DNA from: Candidatus Nanopelagicales bacterium
GTDB taxonomy: Bacteria > Actinomycetota > Actinomycetes > S36-B12 > UBA5976
Direction: 5' to 3'
Assembly (NCBI GenBank): GCA_044341215.1
Contig: JBIISC010000003.1
Span: 3,203 to 67,202, forward strand
Length of the DNA stretch: 64,000 nt
A program made the translations under genes and the position numbers. The notes under the pieces were generated by a model, which worked only from the letters and a program-made list of their open reading frames with translations, ran no database searches and was not told the DNA's origin. Shown here in pieces: positions 19,969 through 28,279 of this stretch; position 1 is the stretch's first letter, and every line of letters starts with the position of its first letter.

Positions 19969-20747
19969 TTCGTTACTCCTGCTGCATCTGTAGACCTACC
20001 GGACTCAAGAACTCCAACTTGACCGGCATCGATAAGGCTTTGAATGTGGGCTTCGTAATCTGCACGTGATACCACTTGTACGTTGAACAGCATTCTTGAA
20101 TGGTCTGCTCCGCAAAGTTCGGTGCATTTACCTACATAAGTACCAAACTTGTTTGGAGTGAGTTCGAACATGTTTTTACGTCCTGGAATAACATCCATTT
20201 TCTGGTAAAAGGCTGGCACCCAAAATGAGTGAATAACATCAGGTGACGTAAGTTCAAAACGAACCGTTTCATCGATTGGAAGGTAGAGCGTTGGCCGCTC
20301 ACCTGGCGTTCCGATTTCGTAGGCACCTTCTTCTAAATAATTGAAAGTCCATGACCAGCGAAAGCCAACGACGCCAACGGTGTGAGTTGGTTTATCTGTT
20401 AAAGCTGTCAACGCAGTTTGATCGCGCCAGGTGAAAACTGCCAAAACCAAAATCATTACAAGTGGTGCAAGGGTGTAAAGAATTTCCAGCGGCATGTTGT
20501 ATTTAGTTTGCTCAGGAATTCCATCATTCTTCTTGCGCCTAAAGCGAAAGAAGACAAAAATCATTAGGCCCCAGACCAATGCTCCGACCAACCAAGCAGC
20601 TAACCAAGAGTTTGTCCAAAGTGATTCGATGATCGGACCCTCTTTAGTAGCAGGGGCAGGCATCCCCATGCGAAGAAAATCATCTCCACTACATCCGGTT
20701 AAAAGAAAAGCACTCACTGTGAGTAATCCGAGCATCCGTTTGTTCAA
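19965..20747 (-). CDS. ctaC: cytochrome c oxidase subunit II
   Basis: Lipoprotein-like signal (LLTGCSG), two TM segments and a CuA site (HSFWVP ... [12 protein letters not shown]). It overlaps the ctaD start by 4 nt. Confidence 0.9.
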   Translation of the reverse strand: MNKRMLGLLTVSAFLLTGCSGDDFLRMGMPAPATKEGPIIESLWTNSWLAAWLVGALVWGLMIFVFFRFRRKKNDGIPEQTKYNMPLEILYTLAPLVMILVLAVFTWRDQTALTALTDKPTHTVGVVGFRWSWTFNYLEEGAYEIGTPGERPTLYLPIDETVRFELTSPDVIHSFWVPAFYQKMDVIPGRKNMFELTPNKFGTYVGKCTELCGADHSRMLFNVQVVSRADYEAHIQSLIDAGQVGVLESGRSTDAAGVTK

Positions 20748-20866
20748 AATGCGATCCCATCACGTTGTGCCAATATCTCAAGAATTTGGCTATTTTCAGT
20801 GCCCTCAGGTTACTCCAGTGTGAGCAAAGCCGGTGCTTCACCTCTCAAATTTCGACCGCCCAAAAA

Positions 20867-20882
20867 TGTGACTTAACTCGCA
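20867..20882. promoter_or_regulatory. candidate CRP/GlxR-type site TGTGACTTAACTCGCA
   Basis: TGTGA-N6-TCGCA (9 of 10 to TGTGA-N6-TCACA), preceded by A5. It lies in the ctaC / aminotransferase-like divergent region, ~120 bp upstream of the ctaC start. Confidence 0.4.
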
Positions 20883-20906
20883 CGAATGCATTACTAACCT
20901 TGGGCT

Positions 20907-21932
20907 GTGAATGAATCTCGGATTTACCTAGATGCCCAAGGTGGCCAGCGCCCCAACCAGACTATTTCGGACATGACTAAAGCGATGCTTTCCCTGTCTT
21001 GGAATGACGGTAAATCTCGCCACCATGAAGCGGCAGCTAGCCAAACTGCCCGCGAGATAGCGCTCAACACGTTAGCGAGTGGCTTTGGAGTACAAGCAAA
21101 TCAAATCCTGCCTATTCATCGACTTGGTAATGTTCTTGAACTTCTCGCTGAGGTCTATCCAGACGCTGCCGTTAGTAGCGCTAGTCGAAAAGGCGCCCTA
21201 CAAAGTTTCAAGGGGAAAAAATTAACTGTTGACAATTGCGGACGAATAAATCAATTCACTGGATATAAAAGTTTCTTCACCCCCGCTGCAAATCAAGAAA
21301 CGGGCGTAATTGAAAACATAGAACAAATCTCAACTAAGACTGGCGCAATTGCAATTGTCGATGCAACTGAATGGATTGGTCGAACACAGAATTTGCCATT
21401 CGGCGAAATATTAATTGCGAAAGCATCGAGTTGGGCTGGGCCAAACTCTGCATGTTTCATTATTTCAAAAGACCAATTTATTGACATAGAAGCTCGAAAA
21501 CGTGCACAGTTGATGCCAGATGATTTTTCATTACTTTGGGCAGCAAGTGCATTCGAGCAGCTTGGAGATGTTTCTGAAACAGAAAACCGTATTCGAGGTT
21601 TTTCTGTCGAAATTTGTCAGGCACTTTCAAGTTTTGACGAAATTACAATCCATGGAGATAAACATGCGCTGCCCCACCTCATCTCATTCGATATTCAAAA
21701 CGTGGATAGTGAAACAGCAGCCGTAAACTTTGATAAATTCGCGATTGCTGTTGGCTCTGGTAGCGCTTGTGCGGTTTCGAATTCGCAGTCAAGCCATGTG
21801 CTCGAATCTATGGGAGTTGCAAGTGCGGGAAATGTGCGATTGTCGATTCCGCTTGATTTCACTCAAAAAGATGTTGATTTCTTCGTAGCAAAACTGCCAA
21901 AAATTGTGGCTGAATTAACGCAGACACTTTAG
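20907..21932 (+). CDS. class-V aminotransferase / cysteine desulfurase-like protein, apparently lacking the PLP-binding Lys
   Basis: NifS/IscS-like blocks are present: IYLDAQGG, ANQETGVIENIEQI, IVDATEWIG and the C-terminal GSGSACAVSNSQSSHVLESMG. Where SxHK-xxGP is expected, the sequence reads AKASSWAGP. Confidence 0.65.
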   Translation: MNESRIYLDAQGGQRPNQTISDMTKAMLSLSWNDGKSRHHEAAASQTAREIALNTLASGFGVQANQILPIHRLGNVLELLAEVYPDAAVSSASRKGALQSFKGKKLTVDNCGRINQFTGYKSFFTPAANQETGVIENIEQISTKTGAIAIVDATEWIGRTQNLPFGEILIAKASSWAGPNSACFIISKDQFIDIEARKRAQLMPDDFSLLWAASAFEQLGDVSETENRIRGFSVEICQALSSFDEITIHGDKHALPHLISFDIQNVDSETAAVNFDKFAIAVGSGSACAVSNSQSSHVLESMGVASAGNVRLSIPLDFTQKDVDFFVAKLPKIVAELTQTL

Positions 21933-22898
21933 GTGGATAGAAACTTCTGTTGCAGCGTCTTGACCATAAGTGTTGGTAAACCGTTTTAGGAATTTCTCTT
22001 GAGCTATGTCATATTCTTGGGTGCCAACAGTTTCAATTACATAAGTAGCTAGTAAAGATCCAACTTGGGCGGCTCTTTCAAGCGAGATTCCCCATGCTAA
22101 TCCAGATAAAAAGCCTGCGCGGAAAGCGTCACCTACACCAGTTGGATCAGCTTTAACCTCTTCAGGCGGAACCGAGACGTGGATAGTTTCACCATCACGC
22201 TGAGAGACCTGGCATCCTTTTGACCCGAGAGTCGTTACCCGAATTTGCACGCGCTTTGAGATTTCGGCATCAGACCAGCCAGTTTTTTGTTCAATTAGGG
22301 CTGACTCATACTCGTTTGTAATGAGAATATATGCGCCATCAATCAAATCTCTAATGGCGTCACCTTCCATCGATGCTAATTGCTGAGAAGGGTCTGCCAC
22401 AAATGGGAGTTTGCGGAATTTGCATTCATCTGTGTGACGCAACATTGCTTCAGGATCATTAGGGCCGATTAAAACTAAGTCCAGTCCTTTGACTCGATCA
22501 TTAATTGGTCCCAGTTCTATTTCTCGCGCTTGCGACATAGCACCAGGATAAAAGGAAGCCAACTGGTTTTGATCATCATCGGTAGTGCAGATAAATCGCG
22601 CAGTATGCAAAGTCTCGGATACAAAAACTGAGGACGTATCCACATTATGTCGCTCTAGCCATGAACGGTAATCGGAAAAATCTGGTCCAACAGCGCCAAC
22701 CAGTATTGGTCTTAGGCCTAGCACTCCCATTCCAAAAGCAATGTTTGGTGCTACCCCACCGCGACGAATCTCTAAATCATCGACAAGAAAAGAAAGCGAA
22801 ATTCGATCAAGCTTGTCGGCCACGATGGAATCAGAAAATTTGCCGCGAAAACGCATCAGGTGATCAGTTGCAATCGAACCTGTTATCGCGATTTTCAT
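21915..22898 (-). CDS. PfkB-family carbohydrate/nucleoside kinase (adenosine kinase AdoK-like)
   Basis: 327 aa. The N-terminus MKIAITGSIATDHLMRF...SLSFLVDDL..RGGVAPN resembles mycobacterial AdoK (memory). C-terminal PfkB signature DPTGVGDAFRAGF. Confidence 0.8.
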   Translation of the reverse strand: MKIAITGSIATDHLMRFRGKFSDSIVADKLDRISLSFLVDDLEIRRGGVAPNIAFGMGVLGLRPILVGAVGPDFSDYRSWLERHNVDTSSVFVSETLHTARFICTTDDDQNQLASFYPGAMSQAREIELGPINDRVKGLDLVLIGPNDPEAMLRHTDECKFRKLPFVADPSQQLASMEGDAIRDLIDGAYILITNEYESALIEQKTGWSDAEISKRVQIRVTTLGSKGCQVSQRDGETIHVSVPPEEVKADPTGVGDAFRAGFLSGLAWGISLERAAQVGSLLATYVIETVGTQEYDIAQEKFLKRFTNTYGQDAATEVSIHLKCLR

Positions 22899-22920
22899 TT
22901 ATCCTCCATACCAATTCTGC

Positions 22921-22956
22921 CCAAACAAAAAGCGCGCCAGTTGTCTGACGCGCTCT
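22921..22956 (-). terminator. intrinsic terminator downstream of the erpA-like gene
   Basis: On the minus strand: AGCGCG-N12-CGCGCT followed by TTTTTGTTTGG. Confidence 0.6.
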
Positions 22957-22968
22957 TATGTTAAAAAT

Positions 22969-23337
22969 TTAACAGAATGACTTTCCACAGCCACAGCCAC
23001 CAGCTGCAAGTGGGTTTTCAATCTTGAAACCTGATTCGCTTAAAGAATCAACGTAATCAATGACAGCGCCATCAATGTATTCAGCACTACTGCGATCAAC
23101 AATAACTTTTACGCCGTGAAACTCTTTGACGATGTCGCCATCCAATGAGTTGTTGTCGAAGAACAGGTCATATTGGAAGCCTGCGCATCCACCTGGCTTA
23201 ACTGCCACACGAAGGGCCAATCCAGCTTCGCCTTCAGCGTCTATCAAGGACTTTACTTTTGAAGCTGCTGTTTCGGTCAAAACTAAACCAGTCGAGGTGC
23301 CAAGAGTCGGCATGGTTTCGATTTTTGTTGCATCCAT
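22969..23337 (-). CDS. erpA: HesB/IscA-family iron-sulfur cluster insertion protein
   Basis: 122 aa with GGCAGFQY and C-terminal GGCGCGKSF motifs. RBS GAGGAGA lies upstream. Confidence 0.85.
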   Translation of the reverse strand: MDATKIETMPTLGTSTGLVLTETAASKVKSLIDAEGEAGLALRVAVKPGGCAGFQYDLFFDNNSLDGDIVKEFHGVKVIVDRSSAEYIDGAVIDYVDSLSESGFKIENPLAAGGCGCGKSFC

Positions 23338-23386
23338 TTTCTCTCCTCAGGTGCTTTACAGGTAAAGGGTAACCTAAGCGCAGGAT

Positions 23387-24514
23387 TTAGCGATTCCAAG
23401 TGCGAGCGACCCGCGCACTTAATCTTTTTAACGTGCCCGAAGGGTCCTCAAATGACTCTGCCAGGCTGCTGAAGTCAGCCATACTGAAAGCCCCTGAGAC
23501 TCCTATGGTCTGCCAATCTCGCCGGCCAATCTCCACTTGCCCTGCCATAACCACTGTTGCCTTACCCAAGCTCATTGCAGTTCTTGAAATCCCAGTTACG
23601 GCCTTTCCATCGAGGCTTTGCCAATCAAATTTACCTTCACCAGTAATTACTAAGTCTGCTTGTTCAATGGCCTTCTTGAGGCCCAAAATGCTAATTATGC
23701 GTTCGATGCCAGCCGATCGAACAGCGCCAATTCGAATCAATGCGAATCCAAGTCCACCAGCCGCTCCCGCTCCTAAAGCGACAGCAGGATTTTTCCCATC
23801 TTTTCGCTTGCCAATTAATTGTGCAAAATGTGTCAAACTGTCTTCTATTTCTTGGATCTGTTTTTCAGTTGCACCTTTTTGCAGACTAAAGACCTTTGCT
23901 GCTCCTCGTGCTCCCAGAAAAGGATTCTCTACATCTGTTAAAACTTCTATTGTGATGTTCGAAAGCAGATCTTCGACTCGTGACAAATCAATTCGCGAAA
24001 TGTTCAGCAATTCAATTGTGCCCTTTTCTAGTGCATCAATTTCGATTCCTTGCGAATCGAATGCAATTGCTCCAAGAGCTGCCAAAGCGCCAGCTCCACC
24101 ATCGCTAGTTGCAGTGCCACCTAGGCCGATAACGATTTTGGTTATACCTTTTTCGATTGCAGCTTTGATTAACTCACCCACGCCATACGAACTCACAACT
24201 TGAGCGGTTTGGGACGATGACTGAATCAAGTGAAGACCAATCGGTTGTGCAACTTCAATGTATGCGGTCTGTTGATCAAACGCGTACTCAACTGGAATCA
24301 CTTGACCCAGCATTCCCCTCACCACAACCGGTTCGGTTTTTAAACTTAAGGCGCAAGATATTGAATCTAGGAACCCAAAGCCACCGTCTGATATCGGAAT
24401 TAGCGTCACTTGGGTCTCAGGGGCAAAGTCTTGCCAACCTTGGGCAATAGCTGAAGCGGCCTCAGACGCACTCAAAGTCCCGGCAAACTTGTCTGGGCAC
24501 ACCACAATTCGCAT
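23387..24514 (-). CDS. glxK: glycerate kinase
   Basis: The family N-terminus MRIVVCPDKFAGTLSA begins at ATG 24514; the ORF is open to 24598. Contains GGGATSDGGAG and ITGEGKFDWQSLDGK motifs. Confidence 0.85.
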   Translation of the reverse strand: MRIVVCPDKFAGTLSASEAASAIAQGWQDFAPETQVTLIPISDGGFGFLDSISCALSLKTEPVVVRGMLGQVIPVEYAFDQQTAYIEVAQPIGLHLIQSSSQTAQVVSSYGVGELIKAAIEKGITKIVIGLGGTATSDGGAGALAALGAIAFDSQGIEIDALEKGTIELLNISRIDLSRVEDLLSNITIEVLTDVENPFLGARGAAKVFSLQKGATEKQIQEIEDSLTHFAQLIGKRKDGKNPAVALGAGAAGGLGFALIRIGAVRSAGIERIISILGLKKAIEQADLVITGEGKFDWQSLDGKAVTGISRTAMSLGKATVVMAGQVEIGRRDWQTIGVSGAFSMADFSSLAESFEDPSGTLKRLSARVARTWNR

Positions 24515-24555
24515 AGGCAAAAGATTAAGCCATGCATTCGTGAGAGAATTAGCCC

Positions 24556-25746
24556 GTGAGCACAAATTTTGTTGAGCCAAGCAATACTCCGCTTTCACTG
24601 TTACTTCGCGGCAAAGATACTGACATGCTCAGCGAGCGCGGAGTTTCTTGCCCTGGCGAAATGCCAGCTGCCAGTGACGTGGACCTAGTTGCGCGCGCCA
24701 CCGCTGCAAAAGCCAAACTCGGAAAGCGAGTTTTCATACTTGGCCACCATTACCAACGCGATGAAGTAATTCAGTTTGCAGATGTAACAGGCGATTCCTT
24801 CAAACTTGCGCAAAAAGCTGCTGATTCACCAGAATCTGAATTCATTATTTTTTGTGGAGTTCATTTCATGGCTGAAAGCGCCGACATTCTTACTTCTGAT
24901 AAACAAAAAGTTTTGTTACCGGATCTTCAAGCTGGATGTTCTATGGCAGATATGGCAAGTGAAAGCCAAGTTGATGCTGCATGGGCAGAATTTGAAAAAC
25001 TTGGAATTGCAAATGACATCATTCCTATCACCTATATGAATTCAACTGCTGCAATCAAAGCCTTCACAGGCCGCAATGGTGGAACTATTTGCACATCCTC
25101 AAACGCTGCTCGAGCGATGGAATGGGCATTCGCTCAAAAAACAAAAGTATTCTTTTTGCCAGACCAGCACCTTGGTCGCAACACCGCCGTTTTGGAATTA
25201 GGTCTTTCACTTGAAGATTGTGTGGTTTGGGACCAAACCAAGCCATTAGGTGGACAAACACCGCAATCATTGCAAGCCGCGAAGGTAATTCTATGGAAAG
25301 GCCACTGCTCAGTCCATGGAAGATTCACTGCCCAAAACGTTATTGATGTTAGAAAAGAAATTCCTGATGTAAATGTTCTAGTCCATCCTGAATGCAAGTA
25401 CGAAGTAGTTTTACAAGCGGATTACGTTGGCTCCACAGAGAAAATAATCCAATTACTGCAAAATGCACCAACTGGTTCGAAGTGGGCAATCGGAACAGAA
25501 TTAAATTTGGTTCGTCGACTTGCGCAAAAATTCCCTGACAAACACATAACCTACTTAGACAAAACTATTTGTTATTGCTCAACCATGAATCGAATTGACC
25601 TGCCGCACGTGGTCTGGATTCTCGAAGCAATTGCCGACAATCGGATTCACAACGTAATAAGCGTCGATAAGAAAGTCGCAAGTGATGCCAAAATTGCACT
25701 TGATCGCATGCTTGCCTTACCTGCCACCAACGCACCACTCGACTAA
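24556..25746 (+). CDS. nadA: quinolinate synthase
   Basis: 396 aa with NadA blocks (ILGHHYQRDEV, FCGVHFMAESADIL, CSMADM, VHPEC, CSTMNRI). GTG start. Confidence 0.9.
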   Translation: MSTNFVEPSNTPLSLLLRGKDTDMLSERGVSCPGEMPAASDVDLVARATAAKAKLGKRVFILGHHYQRDEVIQFADVTGDSFKLAQKAADSPESEFIIFCGVHFMAESADILTSDKQKVLLPDLQAGCSMADMASESQVDAAWAEFEKLGIANDIIPITYMNSTAAIKAFTGRNGGTICTSSNAARAMEWAFAQKTKVFFLPDQHLGRNTAVLELGLSLEDCVVWDQTKPLGGQTPQSLQAAKVILWKGHCSVHGRFTAQNVIDVRKEIPDVNVLVHPECKYEVVLQADYVGSTEKIIQLLQNAPTGSKWAIGTELNLVRRLAQKFPDKHITYLDKTICYCSTMNRIDLPHVVWILEAIADNRIHNVISVDKKVASDAKIALDRMLALPATNAPLD

Positions 25747-25765
25747 CTGAAGTTAGGCTTAACCA

Positions 25766-26341
25766 ATGACCAATAATGATTCCAAGGGCAAAGCGACTCG
25801 AAGTCGCAAAGAAGCTGAAGCTGCACGAAAGCAATCAATCACAATTCCTAAAGATAAAAAACGTGCACGAGCAGCAATGCGGTCTCGAGAAGTTGATTCA
25901 CGAATTCTGACTCGCAAAGCGCTATACACGCTAGATGAGAAAAATTTGCCTGCCAGAGATCGCGGACCAGTCAGGGCCTTTATCCGTAAATATGCTGATT
26001 CGCGGTTGACACTTGCTGAAATTTTCATGCCAATCACCTTTATATCCGTCGTGCTAACCATGGCCTACCCTGTAGCTGATGCAAATAACAACGAGATAAT
26101 TGGTTTCTTCAATTTGTTTTTCCTTCTCATGATGTTTGCACTTTTTATTGATATTGCATCTTTTGGATTTCTCCTAAATCGTGCCCTAAAGAAACAATTC
26201 GAAAAAGCAGAGCGCAAAGGTTCAATGTTCTACGGGATTAGTCGCAGTCTCACCCTTAGGGTCATGCGCTTGCCGAAACCAAATGTGAAAATTGGTGGCG
26301 CGCCACGCGAGATCAAGCTCCCCAAGGCGCTTAGAGACTAA
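25766..26341 (+). CDS. DUF3043-family membrane protein
   Basis: 191 aa with a basic N-terminal region (KGKATRSRKEAEAARK) followed by two TM segments. It matches the Rv2206-type architecture and position (memory). Confidence 0.7.
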   Translation: MTNNDSKGKATRSRKEAEAARKQSITIPKDKKRARAAMRSREVDSRILTRKALYTLDEKNLPARDRGPVRAFIRKYADSRLTLAEIFMPITFISVVLTMAYPVADANNNEIIGFFNLFFLLMMFALFIDIASFGFLLNRALKKQFEKAERKGSMFYGISRSLTLRVMRLPKPNVKIGGAPREIKLPKALRD

Positions 26342-26376
26342 CTCTCTGAGTTACTATTGGAGAACAACTAAATAAA

Positions 26377-26471
26377 GGTTCTCGAAATTCAGGGGAAGTC
26401 GGTCAAACTCCGACGCTGACCCGCAACCGTAGGTTTGCTAGCGCAAACGAGTCGGAGCACCTGACGGGAAC
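26377..26471 (+). promoter_or_regulatory. cobalamin (B12) riboswitch aptamer
   Basis: The core AGGGGAAGTCGGTCAAACTCCGACGCTGACCCGCAACCGTAGG closely follows the cobalamin-riboswitch consensus (AGGGAAnnnGGTGnnAnTCCnnnnCnGnCCCGCnACTGT). The B12-box-like GAGTCGGAGCACCTGAC follows it. Confidence 0.8.
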
Positions 26472-26513
26472 AAACACCAAAATCGTCGTGGTCTACGTAG
26501 GTGGCATCAGGTG

Positions 26514-26555
26514 CCCTCTGTACATCCCAATTGGTATGCAGAGGGTTTTTCTTTT
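26514..26555 (+). terminator. riboswitch expression-platform terminator
   Basis: CCCTCTG (26514-26520) pairs with CAGAGGG (26539-26545), followed by TTTTTCTTTT. It lies between the aptamer and RBS AAAGAGG / ATG 26590. Confidence 0.65.
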
Positions 26556-26589
26556 GACGCATTCGTTGACTCTAATTAAAGAGGTCAAA

Positions 26590-27252
26590 ATGAAGAAGTA
26601 TTTAATATCAATTGCAGCATTCCTTTTTGCATTCATCCCTGTCAGCTCTGCTAATGCAGAAAGCGCATGGAGATACTGGAGTTATTGGCAAATCAACGGT
26701 GGCGTTTGGGAAATGGCAATGACTGGCGCTGCTGATGTAAAAGCAGAAGACGGTCAAGTCCAAGGGTGGCGCTACATAACTGCCGGCATCGACATCTCTG
26801 AAGAATTCGCGCCACGGACAAAAGAGACCTTCGAGAGCATCTGCGCTGACGTTGAAGCTAAGGATGGAATAGCTCGAATTGCACTGGTAGTTGATTTTGG
26901 CGACGCCTCAGATTATTCAAATCAATCAGATGCTGACTCAGTCCCATCAACAAAAACTGCTTGTGTTGAGATCAATGCCGGAGATCCTTCATCTTTGATA
27001 TTAAGTAGCGCATTCGAAACCCGTGAAGAAAGCGGAATGGTTTGCGGCGTAGTTAACTTGCCATCATCTGGTTGTGGCGAAGAAGTAGATATTTCATCTG
27101 TTACCACCAAAGAACTTCTAACTACTTCAGTTGAAGATGAGAATGTTGCTCCGCTTAACTTCTACGAAAATTCCAGTTTTCAACTTCTCATCGCAGGGGC
27201 TTTTGTTATTGGCTTGTTAGCCCTTGTGTTGAAGAAAAAGCAAAGCAAATAA
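26590..27252 (+). CDS. secreted, C-terminally membrane-anchored protein of unknown function (first gene of the ECF operon)
   Basis: Start at ATG 26590 with RBS AAAGAGG; the ORF-track extension from 26488 runs through the terminator. Signal peptide MKKYLISIAAFLFAFIPVSSANA/ES and a Trp-rich segment WRYWSYWQINGGVWEM. Acidic, with 4 Cys. C-terminal TM LLIAGAFVIGLLALVL followed by KKKQSK. Confidence 0.7.
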   Translation: MKKYLISIAAFLFAFIPVSSANAESAWRYWSYWQINGGVWEMAMTGAADVKAEDGQVQGWRYITAGIDISEEFAPRTKETFESICADVEAKDGIARIALVVDFGDASDYSNQSDADSVPSTKTACVEINAGDPSSLILSSAFETREESGMVCGVVNLPSSGCGEEVDISSVTTKELLTTSVEDENVAPLNFYENSSFQLLIAGAFVIGLLALVLKKKQSK

Positions 27253-27256
27253 TCAA

Positions 27257-28279
27257 ATGGCAGCCCAGACTCTCCCTTATCACGCCTCGACCTGGTGGTT
27301 GTGGTCTGTCTGCGCTGCCATTTCAATTTCACTCCAGGCAAATTTGCTAGTCGTTATATTGATTATCGCGGTTTCCATTTGGATTGCAAGAACTCTCATT
27401 GTTGATTCAAAAAGCTGGAAATCATTTTTAGTCATGACCAAAATCGCATTTTTTATTTTCACCACACGAGTGCTTCTGCAAATAGTTTTGGGAGTACCTG
27501 TCGGAAATGAAATCATTTTGCGATTGCCACAGATAAATCTTCCAGATTGGATAAGTGGACTACGCATTGGCGGAATAGTCACTTTAGAAAGTTTGAGTGC
27601 ATCTTTAAACGACAGCTTGCGCCTATCTGGACTAATCATCGTGATTGCAACCGCAGTTTCACTCACCACAACTAGCCGGGTCATCCAGCAATTACCGGTT
27701 GCATTCCACGAGCTAGGAATGGTAATCATTATCGCCTTCACATTCTTGCCACATTTGTTCGCCGATGTTCAGAGAATTCGACAAGCAAGCAGATGGAGAG
27801 GTCAAGACACAGGGAGGATTCGATCTATCTCCCATAATTTGGTAAGTATCTGCGAATCCGCTCTCGAGCGAAGTGTTCGCCTAGCAGCCGCATTGACCGT
27901 CCGGGGATACGGCAATGCAACTTCGAATCAAAATTGGCGTCGACCAATCTATTTGGGTCTTTCCCTTCTCACTTTTGAAGTTTTACGTTTACTGGTTTCG
28001 CAACCAACATATTTGGATGCTTTAGTTCTACTGTCAGTCGCCACGTTGATTGCAGTTGGAGTCCATAGGGCGGGTAAATCTGCAACTCGGACTAAGTTTC
28101 GAACGGAATCTTGGCATTCTGATGACTTCAAAGTTATAGCGACTTCCATAACTATTCTTGTTCTTTCTGCTTTTCCCCAATCCAGCATGCAATTAATTAC
28201 CAGTCTCGCACTTGTCACTTTTGCGTTATATATACGTTCTGCCAAGTCAACTAAATCTCAGGTATTGGTGACGGCATGA
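27257..28279 (+). CDS. ECF transporter T component (CbiQ/EcfT family)
   Basis: 340-aa polytopic protein with the two cytoplasmic Ala-Arg-Gly coupling motifs (QASRWRG, AALTVRGYG). Confidence 0.8.
   Translation: MAAQTLPYHASTWWLWSVCAAISISLQANLLVVILIIAVSIWIARTLIVDSKSWKSFLVMTKIAFFIFTTRVLLQIVLGVPVGNEIILRLPQINLPDWISGLRIGGIVTLESLSASLNDSLRLSGLIIVIATAVSLTTTSRVIQQLPVAFHELGMVIIIAFTFLPHLFADVQRIRQASRWRGQDTGRIRSISHNLVSICESALERSVRLAAALTVRGYGNATSNQNWRRPIYLGLSLLTFEVLRLLVSQPTYLDALVLLSVATLIAVGVHRAGKSATRTKFRTESWHSDDFKVIATSITILVLSAFPQSSMQLITSLALVTFALYIRSAKSTKSQVLVTA

Noticed and set aside
23400-24203. 267-aa + strand ORF antisense to the glycerate kinase gene
   Set aside because: It is a Pro/Ser/Ala-rich low-complexity translation with no motif. 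It lies wholly inside a well-supported minus-strand gene, which makes it a typical shadow ORF.
27280-27741. 153-aa minus-strand ORF antisense to the ECF T-component gene, and 29846..30250 antisense to the S component
   Set aside because: They lie inside translationally coupled, motif-supported plus-strand genes. The hydrophobic-gene mirror frames commonly stay open.
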